64,000 nucleotides of DNA, from assembly GCF_009914755.1 (NCBI RefSeq), contig NC_060942.1. The stretch is one strand, 5' to 3'. A model generated the notes under the pieces. That model searched no databases. It was not told the origin of the DNA and saw only the letters and a list, made by a program, of their open reading frames with translations. Positions 32,659 to 49,810 of the stretch are shown in pieces; positions within the stretch are counted from its first letter, which is position 1, and each line of letters opens with the position of its first letter. Source of the DNA: the human T2T-CHM13v2.0 reference genome, Homo sapiens. The position numbers and the translations under genes are program-made.

Positions 32659-33114
32659 GCAGCATGTCTGAGAATATATTTAGAAAAATAAGGAAAAACA
32701 TTTTCTTATAGAAAAAAACTATCTTGTAACTGTTTGATGAATATATGTACAGAAGGGCCAGTGCCTGTGTGGTTTGGAAGGACTTGTTTAGAAACAGATA
32801 CATGAAATGTTAACTGCACAAAATATTCACTGAATTTTACAGAGGCAGGTCTTGTTTTTTGTTCTTTGTTTTTAATGTCCTCAGGGTCTTGGCAGGGCTT
32901 TTCCTATGGATTTCTATCATGGTACTAGATTGCTCATCTGCACATAGTAGGCTATTGTTAGTAGGGTTGTGTGTTTTTTTTTTTTTAAACTACCATCAAG
33001 AATTAGCCCATTTTACTAAAATGAATACCTACATATTAGAACTAAAGCTGATAATTTTAATAGAAGATAGTTTATTCTTGGAAACTATAGTTAACTCATA
33101 AGGACTATTTTAGT

Positions 33115-33373
<259 letters not shown>

Positions 33374-33444
33374 CTATTTTAGTAAAACTAATTACTTCTA
33401 AGACTTTTTCTTCATTCTAGTTGAGTTACAGACATCCTGCCAAA

Positions 33445-33589
33445 ATGATTTCTTCAAAGCCCAGACTTGTCGTACCCTATGGCCTCAAGACTCTGCTCGA
33501 GGGAATTAGCAGAGCTGTTCTCAAAACCAACCCATCAAACATCAACCAGTTTGCAGCAGCTTATTTTCAAGAACTTACTATGTATAGAG
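33445..33589 (+). CDS. CABYR: CABYR exon 2 coding part (exon starts 33421): MISSKPRLVVPYGLKTLLEGISRAVLKTNPSNINQFAAAYFQELTMYR, PKA-RIIa-type dimerisation/docking (R2D2) domain
   Basis: ttcattctag acceptor at 33420, AAAATG start, GT donor at 33590; P.GL..LL.G..R.VL...P..I..FAA.YF..L is the RIIa D/D signature shared with SPA17 and ROPN1. Confidence 0.96.
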
Positions 33590-33689
33590 GTTTGTTATTC
33601 CTTTATATATTTGCTGCTTTGAAAAAGAAAACATTTTAAGTTAGGAATTTCATGTATCTGTATTTGATTTCCTGTATTGATTCCTTCAG

Positions 33690-33743
33690 GGAATACTACT
33701 ATGGATATAAAAGATCTGGTTAAACAATTTCATCAGATTAAAG
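33690..33743 (+). CDS. CABYR: CABYR exon 3 (G-NTTMDIKDLVKQFHQIK), 54-nt symmetric cassette
   Basis: ttccttcag acceptor, GTAAGT donor at 33744, phase 1 to 1; preceding intron is 100 nt; skipping turns 493 aa into 475 aa. Confidence 0.93.
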
Positions 33744-33889
33744 GTAAGTACCACAAGTAGTAATAGTTTTAATAATGATGTTTATTAATTATTGCATCAT
33801 GACTAGCATATATTCAAACTTAAGAATGGTGCCCACAAATTATTTTATGTTTAATCACATTGTTCCTTTTTAAAATATATATATATATA

Positions 33890-34150
33890 TTTTTAGAGAC
33901 ATGCTCTGTCACCCAGGCTGGAGTGCAGCGGCGCCGTCATAGCTCACTGCAGCCTGGGCTCAAGGGATCCTCCTGTCTTAGCCTCCCAAGTAGCTTGGAC
34001 TGCAGTTGTAAGTCACCATGTCCAACTAATTTTTTATAAATTTTTGATAGTGATGGGGTCTTGCCTCGTTGCCCAGGCTAGACTTGAACTCCTGGATGCA
34101 AGTGATCTTCCTGCCACAGCCTCCCACAGTGTTGGGATTACCGGCATGAG
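33890..34150 (-). mobile_element. Alu (J-like)
   Basis: Diverged dimer with (TA)n tail. Confidence 0.85.
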
Positions 34151-34198
34151 GAGAATTGGATTTCATAGTTATAAAGACTCAAATTATGAGATTACTGA

Positions 34199-34525
<327 letters not shown>

Positions 34526-34810
34526 CTGCTGTGTATGGTTATTAGTGAGTCTTGATATTTTTGGATTATCCCAGTGAGAGTGATGATGAGCAAGGAATCA
34601 GGATGGGAAAAGCTCACATGAGCAGAGAGCTATAGTATATACATCCAAGCAGAGAATAAAATAAAAATTGGCCACTAGGCCTTAGATGCTACAGAGTACT
34701 AAAAGGAAGGAGATCTGCCAATCCTTGAGTGAGATAAACAGGTAACACTTTCCACAAAATGGAAACATTTTAAGCAATGAATGCAGCGATGTCAGAGACC
34801 AACACCTAGA

Positions 34811-34960
34811 GGGCAGGGCGTGATGGCTCATGCCTGTAATTCCAGCCTTTTGGAGGCTGAGGCGGGAGGAGGATCACTTGAGCCCAGGAGTCCAAGACCA
34901 GCCTAGGCAAAATAGTGAGACCCCCATCTCTAAACAAACAAACAAAAGAAAACAAAAACA
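34811..34960 (+). mobile_element. Alu left monomer (FLAM-like)
   Basis: One arm plus A-rich tail. Confidence 0.8.
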
Positions 34961-35589
34961 CCCAGAGACCAGTTATGCCTCTACCAGAGGTAATGGAGAG
35001 CAGCATAAAAGGACATGTGGATCAGAGACAGAGCTTACCCCAGACTCAGCTTACCCCTCTTTAGAAGGAGGAGAATCTTTAATAAAGGAGCAATAGCCCA
35101 AAAGACTCACTAATTAACCAAAAGACTTTTAAACTAGAAGGGACAGATTTTTAAACCAAGATCAAGAACTGCTATTGGGAAACAAGCATTTTAATGCAAG
35201 ATGAGATCAGTTAGAGAAAGTAATACTTTTCTGGCATATCTAAGTCACAGTGTGTAAATTTTGACCCCTTTACAACAGCATGGCATCCAAAGCTTTCTAT
35301 GATTTCAGTCTGTCCTACCTTTGTAATCATTGCAATCATCTCATTTCATAGACCTCATGTGCCATATATTTAAGACAATCTGTCATCTCCTGAAATGTGA
35401 AATTTCAAATCATTTGATTTGGGCTTATGTTCCTTCTCCCTCCAGGAGTTCCTTTCAACTCCTTTTTCTACCTTTTAAATCCTACATATCCTTGAAGTCC
35501 AATCCATAATTTCATTTAACAAATATTTAAATTCCTGACAATTTCCAGATGCTGTGCTAGGTGAAATTCAGCAGAGAGGGAGAGATTTT

Positions 35590-37900
<2,311 letters not shown>

Positions 37901-38164
37901 TCCACTTCTTTTTAATCAGCTTTATTCTATAGAGGAGAGGGTATATGGGACACAGCCCAGATGTTTATGGGCAGAAGGTTTAAAAAAGTACAGATACATT
38001 ATCTAGTAGCTGTAAATCTTAAGATAATGAATTCAACAAGTACCCAGAGAGAAAATGGGTATTATGGATGTCATAGAATAAAAAACAGATATGGTATCTA
38101 AAGAGCAGCATTTAACACAATCCCCCTCTGTCATGTTTCTTTACGACTTCTAATTTATGCCTCA

Positions 38165-38670
38165 TATCAGTTAGGAAAGCTTTCAGCTGCAAGTAACAGC
38201 AAATCAATTAAGAGTAACTTTAAGAAAACAACATATCTGAAAAGGTGTTCATTCTGCTCCTAATATAATTTAATAATAAGTATCACATATCTAGGCACTC
38301 TGCTGTGTCATTCTTAGGATGTTTTACATGTCCCCTCATGCTACTGCTCCAGGTGTTATGCCTGTGTTTACATCAGGAAGGAGGAGAAAGTGGTGGCAGT
38401 GGTGACATTTGTTCCTTTGATTAAGAAAGGAACACTTTTGCAAGTTTTCCAGCAGATTTCCGCTTCTGTCCCACAGGCCAAAGGAGGCTGATACAATTTA
38501 TGGTAAGGGAGATCAGAATTGTCCCATGCATTGCAGGACATCTAGCATCCCTGATCCTGCCTCCTAAAATACTAATGCCTCCCAGGTATTGAAATAAATA
38601 AAAATGTCCCCTCTACATCTACGAATACTCTCAGTGGAAGGGGGATACTACTACCCCTTGAGAACCAGTG
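38165..38670. mobile_element. MLT1-like fragment followed by MER20-like fragment
   Basis: tcagttagg...cagctgcaagtaacag (MLT1); gtcccatgcattgcaggacatctagcatccctg...ttgagaaccagtg (MER20-like). Confidence 0.55.
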
Positions 38671-38864
38671 TGCCATTAGTGGTTTATCACCTGGGGCTGG
38701 GTACATTGCTGCCACTAATCTAGCTAAGATTATCTTAGCGAAGAATAAGGGAGGGAATGTCTGCTATTCCACCCACCCTGCTTTAATTCTTTGCCCTTAA
38801 GTGAAGTTGGGAGAGATGAGGTTTGGTAAAAATGTGGGGAGGGAGGATGTGTTGGGAGTGATGG

Positions 38865-40446
38865 TGTGTCTGGAATTGGTGGGTTCTTGGTCTCACTGAC
38901 TTTAAGAATGAAGCCGCGGACCCTCACGGTGAGTTACAGCTCCTAAGGTGGCACGTCTGGAGTTTGCTCCTTCTGACGTTCGGATGTGTTCGGAGTTTCT
39001 TCCTTCTGGTGGGTTCGTGGTCTCGCTGGCTCAGGAGTGAAGCTGCAGACCTTCATGGTGAGTGTTACAGCTCTTAAGGCAGCACGTCTGGAGTTGTTTG
39101 TTCCTCCCGGTGGGCTCGTGGTCTTGCTGGCTTCAGGAGTGAAGCTGCAGACCTTCGAGGTGAGTGTTACAGCTCATAAAAGCAGTGTGGACCCAAAGAG
39201 TGAGCAGTGGCAAAATTTATTGCAAAGAGGAAAAACAAAGCTTCCACAGTGTGGAAGGGGACTTGAGCGGGTTGCCACTGCTGGCTCGAACAGCCTGCTT
39301 TTATTGTCTTATCTGGCCCCACCCACATCCTGCTGATTGGTAGAGCGGAGTAGTCTGTTTTGACAGGGTGCTGATTGGTGCGTTTACAATCCCTGAGCTA
39401 GACATAAAGGTTCTCCATGTCCCCACCAGATTAGATAGATACAGAGTGTGGACACAAAGGTTCTCCAAGGCCCCACCAGAGTAGCTAGATACAGAGTGTC
39501 GATTGGTGCATTCACAAACCCTGAGCTAGACACGGGGTGCTGATTGGTGCGTTTACAAACCTTGAGCTAGATACAGAGTGCCGATTGGTGTATTTACAAT
39601 CCCTGAGCTAGACATAAAGGTTCTCTACGGCCCCACCAGAGTATCTAGATACAGAGTGTTGATTGGTGCATTCACAGACCCTGAGCTAGACACAGGATGC
39701 TGATTGGTGTTTACAAACCTTGAGCTAGATAGAGAGTGCCGATTGGTGTACTTACAATCCCTGGGCTAGACATAAAGGTTCTCCACGTCCCCACCAGACT
39801 CAGGAGTCCAGCTGGCTTCACCCAGTGGATCCTGCACTGGGGACTGCAGGTGGAGCTGCCTGCCAGTCCTGGTGCCGTGCGCCTGCACTCCTCAGCCCTT
39901 GGGTGGTCGATGGGACTGGGTGCTGTGGAGCAGGGGGCGGTGCTCATCGGGGAGGCTTGGGCCGCACAGGAGTCCACGGAGTGGGTGGGAGGCTCAGGCA
40001 TAGCGGGCTGCAGGTCCCGAGCCCTGCCCCGCAGGAAGGCAGCTAAGGCCCGGCGAGAAATCAAGCACAGCGCCGGTGGGCTGGCACTGCTGGGGGACCC
40101 AGTACACCCTATGCAGCCACTGGCCTGGGTGCTAAGCCCCTCATTGCCCGGGGCTGGCAGGGCCGGCCCGCTGCTCGGAATGCGGGGCCCGCCAAGCCCA
40201 TGCCCACCCGGAACTCCAGCTGGCCCGCAAGCGCGGCGCGCAGCCCCGGTTCCCGCTGGCGCCTCTCCCTCCACACCTGCCTGCAAGCTGAGGGAGCCGG
40301 CTCTGGCCTTGGCCAGCCCAGAAAGGGGCTCCCACAGTGCAGCGGTGGGCTGAAGGGCTCAAGTGCCGCCAAAGTGGGAGCCCAGGCAGAGGAGGCGCCA
40401 AGAGCGAGCAAGGGCTCTGAGGACTGCAGCACGCTGTCACTTCTCA
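38865..40446 (-). mobile_element. Solo LTR12C (ERV9 LTR), 1582 bp
   Basis: Minus strand begins TGAGAAGTGACAGCGTGCTG and ends CCAATTCCAGACACA; 4-bp TSD ATGG (38861-38864 / 40447-40450); internal CCAAT-containing tandem repeats at 39330-39800. Confidence 0.93.
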
Positions 40447-41057
40447 ATGGGGTGAGGGAGACAGAAATAGACCCGGAAGAGAAGAGGGAAGGACAAAGCC
40501 AAAGAGATGCCAAACTGCATTTGGTGTTGCTCACTGTGGCCCAGAGAAGTTTGATGGCAGTGCTGGAGAACCAAGAGGAGAAGCAAGGCAAAGGGGCATG
40601 GCGTGGGAGAGATTACCTAGGATAGGCTGAATGGCTGTTCTCCCTCAAACTGGCCATGCCCTCTTTTGCTTTCCACCTCCTACAGTCCAAATTACTAGCC
40701 ACTTTCACACGTTTTCCTTATTTCTAAAGCTTAACCAAAATTACCTAAAAGCCACTGTACCCCATACATATTTCAGTCACTGTGCTGACTACATTGTCAT
40801 ATAATCAATCATCTGCCTGTATCCTTAATCAGAATGAGATCTTTAGGAAGTCTTATTCCTCTTTGATAGATGGTGCAACTAATGTTTGTTGAATGAAGAA
40901 AGAATGGATGGAAGGGCAAGGAGGAAGAGGGGAGAAACTAAACCACCTACTTTATAGTCTCTGGTATTCTCATTCCAATCAGTTCAATACAGACTAGTTG
41001 GAATCTTTTGTTTTAAATTCTTAAAAGATTACGTACCATACATATTCCTGACTTTAA

Positions 41058-41327
<270 letters not shown>

Positions 41328-41955
41328 CCCACCTCCAATTCTTATACAGCCTCTCGTATCTCTTGTTAGGCCCTGCTGCTTATACACTTGTGGTCTTTGA
41401 TACCTTTCAGATTTCCCATTCCATGCCAGAATATGTCCTTTTCCTTATGCTTCTTGGGCAGTTATGTACTTCAGTACCCTGAATCTCCATATGAGTTGTG
41501 CCTATTTAAAAAAATACCATATGCTTGGAATTTATCTCTTTATCTTACTGGTTTCATGGAAAATCAGGATTCTGCAATGAATTTTAAAGTTAGCCAATTT
41601 GAGTCATTTTATTATACTTAAAAAGGAACTTTTTTACAAGAAGGAATGCCTTTAGTTATGTTCCTAATTCTCAGTGTGTATAGTTTTGTCAGCTTAAGTA
41701 GAACCAGATCACCAAAGTCATAGTGGGTTAATCTTCATAAGGTTGAAAGATCAACCTTTAGCAAACCTAGTTTGCAACTTGAAGAAATTCTGTCTTATAC
41801 AACCGACATAATCTCAAGGTTACAAGTCAGCGACTGTTGTAAGTATTTAAAGCTAACCTTAAAACATTAGAGAAAAGCTTTTTACCCTTCTTAATAAACA
41901 GATAATGACATGAACTCAATATAGATTTACATTATATGTGTATAGTAACTAGTAA

Positions 41956-42324
<369 letters not shown>

Positions 42325-44156
42325 TAGTGTTTGCATTTGCAAAAACACTATAAAAGTTTAAGGCATCTGGTCTCAGTTTTTAATTATGAAAAAGTCCATA
42401 AGTATATAACACACACATATAAAGAAAAAACATCCTGTATTTTACCACCCAGTTTAGGAAATAGCCAATTTAATTTTAATCAAAGCTGAATTAAAGATAT
42501 TTGAGATTTATATTTTTAATTTGATATCACATTTTCAAAACTTTTCTGTATCGCTTTTTAAATGGGTACTGATTCACTCCTTCCCCATTTATATGTGATT
42601 TAGAGTTTATTCAGTGCTTTCAGATGCATTATTTCACTTAGTGTCCACAGAAACTCCATGAAGTCAGAGTTATAATCCCCATTTTGCAAGTGAGGAGGCC
42701 TGAAGCTTGGAACAGTTGACTTGGTCATGCAGCTATTAAATCTCAGAACCAGGACTAGAACCTAGGTTTTCTCATTAACTTTTTTACTATGAGAAAGTTG
42801 CAGGGAAGAAAACAATATCATACATTCCCTGGTAAATTGTTAAGGATTCATAATTATAAATGCTTTACCTTTCCAGAATGGTGGTTATAAGGGATGTTTT
42901 TGTTTAGCAGGGGACTTCCAGAGACAAAAATATTGAGCTTTTTTAACATTTAAAAAATTAATTACATTTTAATCTTCTAGACGTAATTTCAGGTACCATG
43001 AACCTGTGAGGGAGACACTTTTAATTAAAAGAGCAAGTGGTCCTTTCCAGAGTTGCCTAAGTCATACCACAAGCAACCTGTCAGGTCCCGTGCAGGCAGT
43101 CTAGGGATTGCAGTAATCCAATCCCTAGATTGGCTGCATTCTTGATAAACGCTCATGGTAAGTAAATCAGTGGTTGGAGAATTTAAGACCTAATGGGGGA
43201 AAATAGGGAGGCCTTGAATTGGTGTGGGTATGGGGAGGTCAGTCTGGTTAGGAGTTGGACTTGGGTTTTATTGTTGCTTTCATTACCTTCACTGTACTAC
43301 AGGCCTCAAAACCTTCTAGAAGGCTGCCAAGACCTTTTGCCTGAGGGTGGGGCTGGGGTGCCAGAGGGTATTTCTCAGCATCTGTGCTTCCCCCTCAGCT
43401 TTCAGCCTTCTCTGCCAGCATGCCCCACAAAGGGCATCTCTCTCCAAATTCTTGCCCCCCTCTCCTGGTGGCAGCCTGCTGTCTCTTGTTTCTTAGCCTT
43501 GGGCTGGTTAGCAGTACAGGAGGTTCCCTGTTGTTCTGGGCCTGCCTTAGGCCTAGGCTGGACTTGTGCACCTGGGCTTTGGACACGGGGCTTTCTCGGT
43601 GTTCCTGCCCTCCGTCATGTGGTAGCCAAACTCTGCCTTCTCTCTGTGGTCAGTCTTGAGCCAGTGTCTCCTGTCTCTGCCTTGATAATAGGAGCGCTCT
43701 CTCTGGCCTTCAGCCCTGCCTCCATCTTTCATGTGAGGCACGTGGAAAAGTGTTTGCTAATGAGTGCGAATTCTCCTTGGGTCTGGAGTCCCAGGTAATT
43801 CCAGACTGACATCTAGTGCACCTTTGGCCTTTACCAGTACGTTAAGATTATAGCTGGTACATTCTTACCAGCTGGTGTGATGGCAGCCTATTCTTTCTGG
43901 GCCCTGCTACAGCTGAGACTGTTCTTATGTCCCTTTTCTCCCTGGAGGGGCTGGTTCCTCTTTTGAAATCAGATTACTTGATTACTTGGTTACCTTTTGA
44001 CTTCAGCTCTCTGCTGGACTCAAGAAAAGTTATGTTTTTGTGGCTTATCTATCTGGCTTTTTCCTGTTGTTATGATGGAAACAATGTATTTTGTAGCTTT
44101 CTATATCCTAAGCATAAGAGTAACTCTCCCAAGGTCAGGCTTAAATAAGATTTTTC

Positions 44157-44496
<340 letters not shown>

Positions 44497-45822
44497 TTAT
44501 TAGTTCCAATTAGGTATTTGTACTTTTTAACCTATATTTGTCTATCTTATTTCTCCTATTAAATGTAAGCTATATTGAGGTCTCGTCTTAATAGTCTTTC
44601 TATCCTCAACAGTGCCTAGACCATTCTTACATGTAGTATGTAGCACAAGCACTCAGTCAGATGTGCTGGTGGATAAAAGGGCTTTCCTAAAAACTGGATG
44701 GGAAAGTCCTGAAGAGGTGAATGGTTAGGAAAATGAGGTTATTGTTCTAAGCAGAGGGAGGTAATGATAGATGTGGCTTTCTCTCTTTTTGAATCTTTCT
44801 CTGCATGTGAGCATTTGGTATAATGTCCATGTCCCGAATTAGAAATCTTAATTGAATTTATAAAACATCAGCAGCCAATGTCAAAGGAGACACTGCAGGA
44901 CACTATTTTTCAGAATGCAGCTGAACCTATTGAAAACATGTCTCCAAAGTTTTGACTTGAGCCAAATATATTCTTATGAAGCAAATTCTGCTTTTCTTAT
45001 AAATTTCATTAGAGAAATGCTTCCCAAAGGAAAATTCTCAGCAAACAGATGTGAAAACTTTTGATGAGTTAATGACTAAGGTAGTTAGGTGTGTGGGTGA
45101 TGCACATAAAATATTACAGCAGTTTTCCAACTCTAGGATTTTGTATATGTCATCAGCTGTTGTGACCTTCCAACCCATGAGAATTTTCCTCATGCCTGAG
45201 GATTCACTTACGGCTACACTTTCAGATCCAGAGATATCTTTCTTTTCCTCTTGGCTGGGTCAGTCTGACTTTGGCTGCATGATCACACATTATTAGCAGG
45301 TGCTACCATTTTTAGGTTAGAATATGTGACTTTCTTAAAGTAAAAAAAATCCTATAGTCCTCTAGCTTATCAATTCATTAAGTTAAACTTTATATACCAA
45401 TTTTCTTAAATGGAGGAATGCCTTTATTAATATGCAGCATCTATGTCATTACTAAATTACTATACCAACAAAGATGAAATAATTTATTGCCCAAGTTGGT
45501 CTCCCCCCCACCCAACCTTTTTCCCCAGTTTTGTGTGGAAGTTTGATCAGGAGCTTTTTCCATGGAGGTTTTCAGCTTCCTTAGTTCTAGGCACAAAGTT
45601 ATGATCTTTCCCTGATGCTGACCACCTTAGGATGATATCTGATTATTAGTCTTGCTACTGCGCTATTAAGTGTCACTTATTTCTAAGGAAATGAATTGAG
45701 GGTCTTGGACAGGATAAGGACAGGAATGTTTTATTACCCACACTACAGATGTTGGAAAACAAAGCTGAAAACTCTTTTAATTTGTGTCTATACTGACATC
45801 TGAATGCTTAACCCATTATTGC

Positions 45823-46009
<187 letters not shown>

Positions 46010-46039
46010 TAATTAACCCATCTGGTTGTTGTTTTTCAG

Positions 46040-47322
46040 TAGAGAAATGGTCAGAAGGAACGACACCACAGAAGAAATTAGAATGTTTAAAAGAACCAGG
46101 AAAAACATCTGTAGAATCTAAAGTACCTACCCAGATGGAAAAATCTACAGACACAGACGAGGACAATGTAACCAGAACAGAATATAGTGACAAAACCACC
46201 CAGTTTCCATCAGTTTATGCTGTGCCAGGCACTGAGCAAACGGAAGCAGTTGGTGGTCTTTCTTCCAAACCAGCCACCCCTAAGACTACTACCCCACCCT
46301 CATCACCACCTCCAACAGCTGTCTCACCAGAGTTTGCCTACGTCCCAGCTGACCCAGCTCAGCTTGCTGCTCAGATGTTAGGTAAAGTTTCATCTATTCA
46401 TTCTGATCAATCTGATGTGTTAATGGTGGATGTGGCAACCAGTATGCCTGTTGTTATCAAGGAGGTGCCAAGCTCAGAGGCTGCTGAAGATGTCATGGTG
46501 GCTGCTCCTCTTGTGTGTTCTGGAAAGGTGCTAGAAGTGCAGGTTGTGAACCAAACATCTGTCCATGTAGATTTGGGTTCTCAACCTAAAGAAAATGAGG
46601 CTGAACCATCAACGGCTTCCTCAGTCCCCTTGCAGGATGAACAAGAACCTCCTGCTTATGATCAAGCTCCTGAGGTCACTTTGCAGGCTGATATTGAGGT
46701 TATGTCAACTGTTCATATATCATCTGTCTATAACGATGTGCCTGTGACTGAAGGAGTTGTTTATATCGAGCAACTGCCAGAACAAATAGTTATCCCTTTT
46801 ACTGATCAAGTTGCTTGTCTTAAAGAAAATGAGCAGTCAAAAGAAAATGAGCAGTCACCACGAGTTAGTCCCAAATCTGTAGTAGAAAAGACCACCTCTG
46901 GCATGTCTAAAAAATCTGTAGAGTCTGTAAAACTTGCACAGTTGGAGGAGAATGCAAAATATTCCTCAGTATATATGGAGGCAGAAGCAACAGCTCTGCT
47001 CTCTGACACATCTTTGAAAGGTCAGCCTGAGGTACCTGCACAACTCCTGGATGCAGAAGGTGCTATCAAAATAGGCTCTGAAAAATCTCTGCACCTTGAA
47101 GTGGAGATCACTTCAATAGTCTCTGACAATACTGGGCAGGAGGAGTCTGGGGAAAACTCTGTACCCCAGGAGATGGAAGGCAAACCTGTGCTCTCTGGGG
47201 AAGCTGCAGAAGCAGTGCACTCAGGTACATCTGTAAAGTCATCTAGTGGCCCCTTCCCTCCTGCTCCAGAAGGCCTTACTGCACCAGAAATTGAACCAGA
47301 AGGGGAAGCAACAGCTGAATAA
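46040..47322 (+). CDS. CABYR: CABYR exon 4, coding region A (acidic, Pro/Ser/Thr-rich); exon runs on to donor at 47338/47339, internal donor at 46381/46382
   Basis: ORF 46006..47322; tttttcag acceptor at 46039; 145+54+1283 = 1482 nt = 493 aa, the length I recall for CABYR isoform 1. Confidence 0.96.
46822..46857 (+). repeat. CABYR: Perfect 18-bp in-frame tandem duplication (KENEQS x2) in CABYR exon 4
   Basis: AAAGAAAATGAGCAGTCA twice, no mismatch. Confidence 0.95.
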
Positions 47323-48656
47323 GGTTTGATGAAGCCAGGTAAGAAAATCAGGTATTTCCATTACAAATTGCATTTCAGGTGACATCTGTATTTCAGGTAG
47401 CCATCTCTGTCGGCTCCCTGCAGATTGGTCAGTCTTTATTTTCAATAGACTTTTTTTAAATGCCAAAGCCATTTAAAGACTTTGTTGTATTTGAGATTCT
47501 ACTACTATGAGAGGAGTGATTTTAAAGTGATGTCCCCAAAGCCTGGCCTCAGAGTTTGGTCATCCAGCACTTTTGCGTTATTCTTTTGGACATATTATGT
47601 AGTCAACAACAGTATAGCCTGTTGTCAGGTACAAAATATATTCATGTGATCTGAATATGCTGATTGCAAAACTGTAATTAGAGGGTGTTGGTTTGAAATT
47701 TTCCTCTTGTGAATCTAAAAATTAAACTACAGCAATGCATTTACATAGGCTATGGCATTTTAAAAAGTGAAAAAATGGTGGTGTGTTTGACTGCTTTCAC
47801 ACTGAGTCAGGAGAGCTCTGTAACCAGGTTTGGGGTGCTGGGCCATGCGTTTGTGTTCTGCCTGGGAGCTTCCTGCAGCTGAAGGAGCAGTTTCATAGCT
47901 AGATGGAGAGGGGAAAGGTCAGGGGAGCCGGGAGGTATCAGCAGCAGAAAGGACGGCCCGGCACTTGCGGCACTTGAACAGCAATAGATGCAGTTCACGT
48001 AATTGGCTTCCTTTGATCAGCTCCCTCTTCCTGGCAAGTGCCAAAATCAAGCTGCTTTCTTGGCTGTTGAACTATCACCATGTTTTCCTATGACATAGAC
48101 ATGATGTGACCTTCATCTCCATCTAATTATGGCATTTGGTCTGCTCACCTTCCTGCCTTATGGATAATTGCAGGGGCCCTTCTCTTTTTAGGGACAGAAG
48201 GGACGTGCATGAGCCAACCCCCCATTCCTTTTGCAAAAACTCTTTCAATCCTGACTCTTAACTGAGCCAGAGTGATTCAAAAAGTGTTAGCAAAGCAGGT
48301 GTTTAGAAAAGATCACATTTTGTCTGGCAGTGTGACAGGGATTCTGCACAGCTGGAAAGGCAGAGGGCAGCGCTGGGAGTGGAGCGTGTGGGACTGGCAC
48401 TATATTTGTGGCTTAAGCAGCATATCCAGACCAAGTCACTGTTTTCAAATGCTTAACTATTTCTAAAGGAAAACAGAGTTGTCCACAACACTAAGAGGAT
48501 ACTAACCACAAATTCAGATTATCAAAACCTCTCTCCCTGTGAGACAGCTGAAGACCTGGCTTGTACATATTTTTCAACAAGCTTAAAAAAAAAGATTACT
48601 TGAAAGTATCTGAAGCTGTTGGAAAAATGGCCACTTAATCATGTGCGTAGTATTAT

Positions 48657-48957
<301 letters not shown>

Positions 48958-49810
48958 GTAGTGTTATTTTCTTTTCAGGGGAAGAAAAAAGGCTGCACCG
49001 GGGATAGATGGCCCAGCGTTCAAAAGGTAAACTCGGCACATTTGGGCAAAGTGAAACTCCTCTATTGGGAACCTTTTGTCCGAGGGCCCATCTTCTGGGA
49101 CTTGGTTCTCCCAAGACAGTACTGTCTTCAAGAGGCAGGTCACACTTGCATTATAGATGGCACTCCTAAACCTCTTTTTCTCAACCCAAAGAATCCCTGT
49201 GGGACCAGCCAGCCTTTTACTGCCACCTAGGATCTATGATTTCAAGTCTTGCCTAAAAGGGGTGCTCTCTGGGGTTCTCAATCCTAGATTATGTGACGTT
49301 TTATGTGTGGTAACAAATTAATGGGAGATAATGGTGCCTGTGAAGGGCCAGAGAGATTTTGATTATGTGAAGATGACACCTAGTGCTAACTTCTTTAGGA
49401 AATAAACACTATGCAGATGCACTAACGCTTCCTTTAATGGCTTAACACACTCTTCAATTGACTTTTGGGTAAAGCTAAAGGTTGTGTTGACCAGTTTCGT
49501 CTGCGAGGAGCCTATAGAAGCCACGTCTAAAGTTGAAGTAGCTGGAAACTGCAACTTAGAATAAGATTGCTTCTTCAGCCACAACTGTAGTGTCCCTGCC
49601 ACTTGCCACCACAACACTGTTCTCCTTTTTCAACTGTAGAGAATCTCTTTCACCTGTCAAACACGATTATGCAGCCCTCTCTATAGCATGCTCTACGGTA
49701 CATATCACTACAGCTGTTTTATATGTAAAAGAGACTTACAAAGACATTACTATGCATAGTGCCTGATACAGAGACCAAAACTTTAATTCCTGCAAAATTT
49801 TTTTTTATAG

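Noticed and set aside
39330-39800. Repeat array that superficially resembles a CRISPR repeat-spacer pattern
   Set aside because: It is the normal CCAAT/GATA tandem-repeat block of LTR12; spacers are not unique and the context is eukaryotic
39711-40625. Overlapping 100-205 aa ORFs on both strands
   Set aside because: They lie in the GC-rich U3 of LTR12C, where stops are rare; no protein motifs
43193-43798. 201-aa ORF in CABYR intron 3
   Set aside because: Leu/Pro/Ser-rich with no domain or splice support; probably the antisense strand of an old repeat, though not verified
49490-49620. Exon-like stretch (EEPIEATSKVEVAGNCN) upstream of CABYR exon 5
   Set aside because: Short, stop follows, no convincing splice sites; cannot be supported without an alignment
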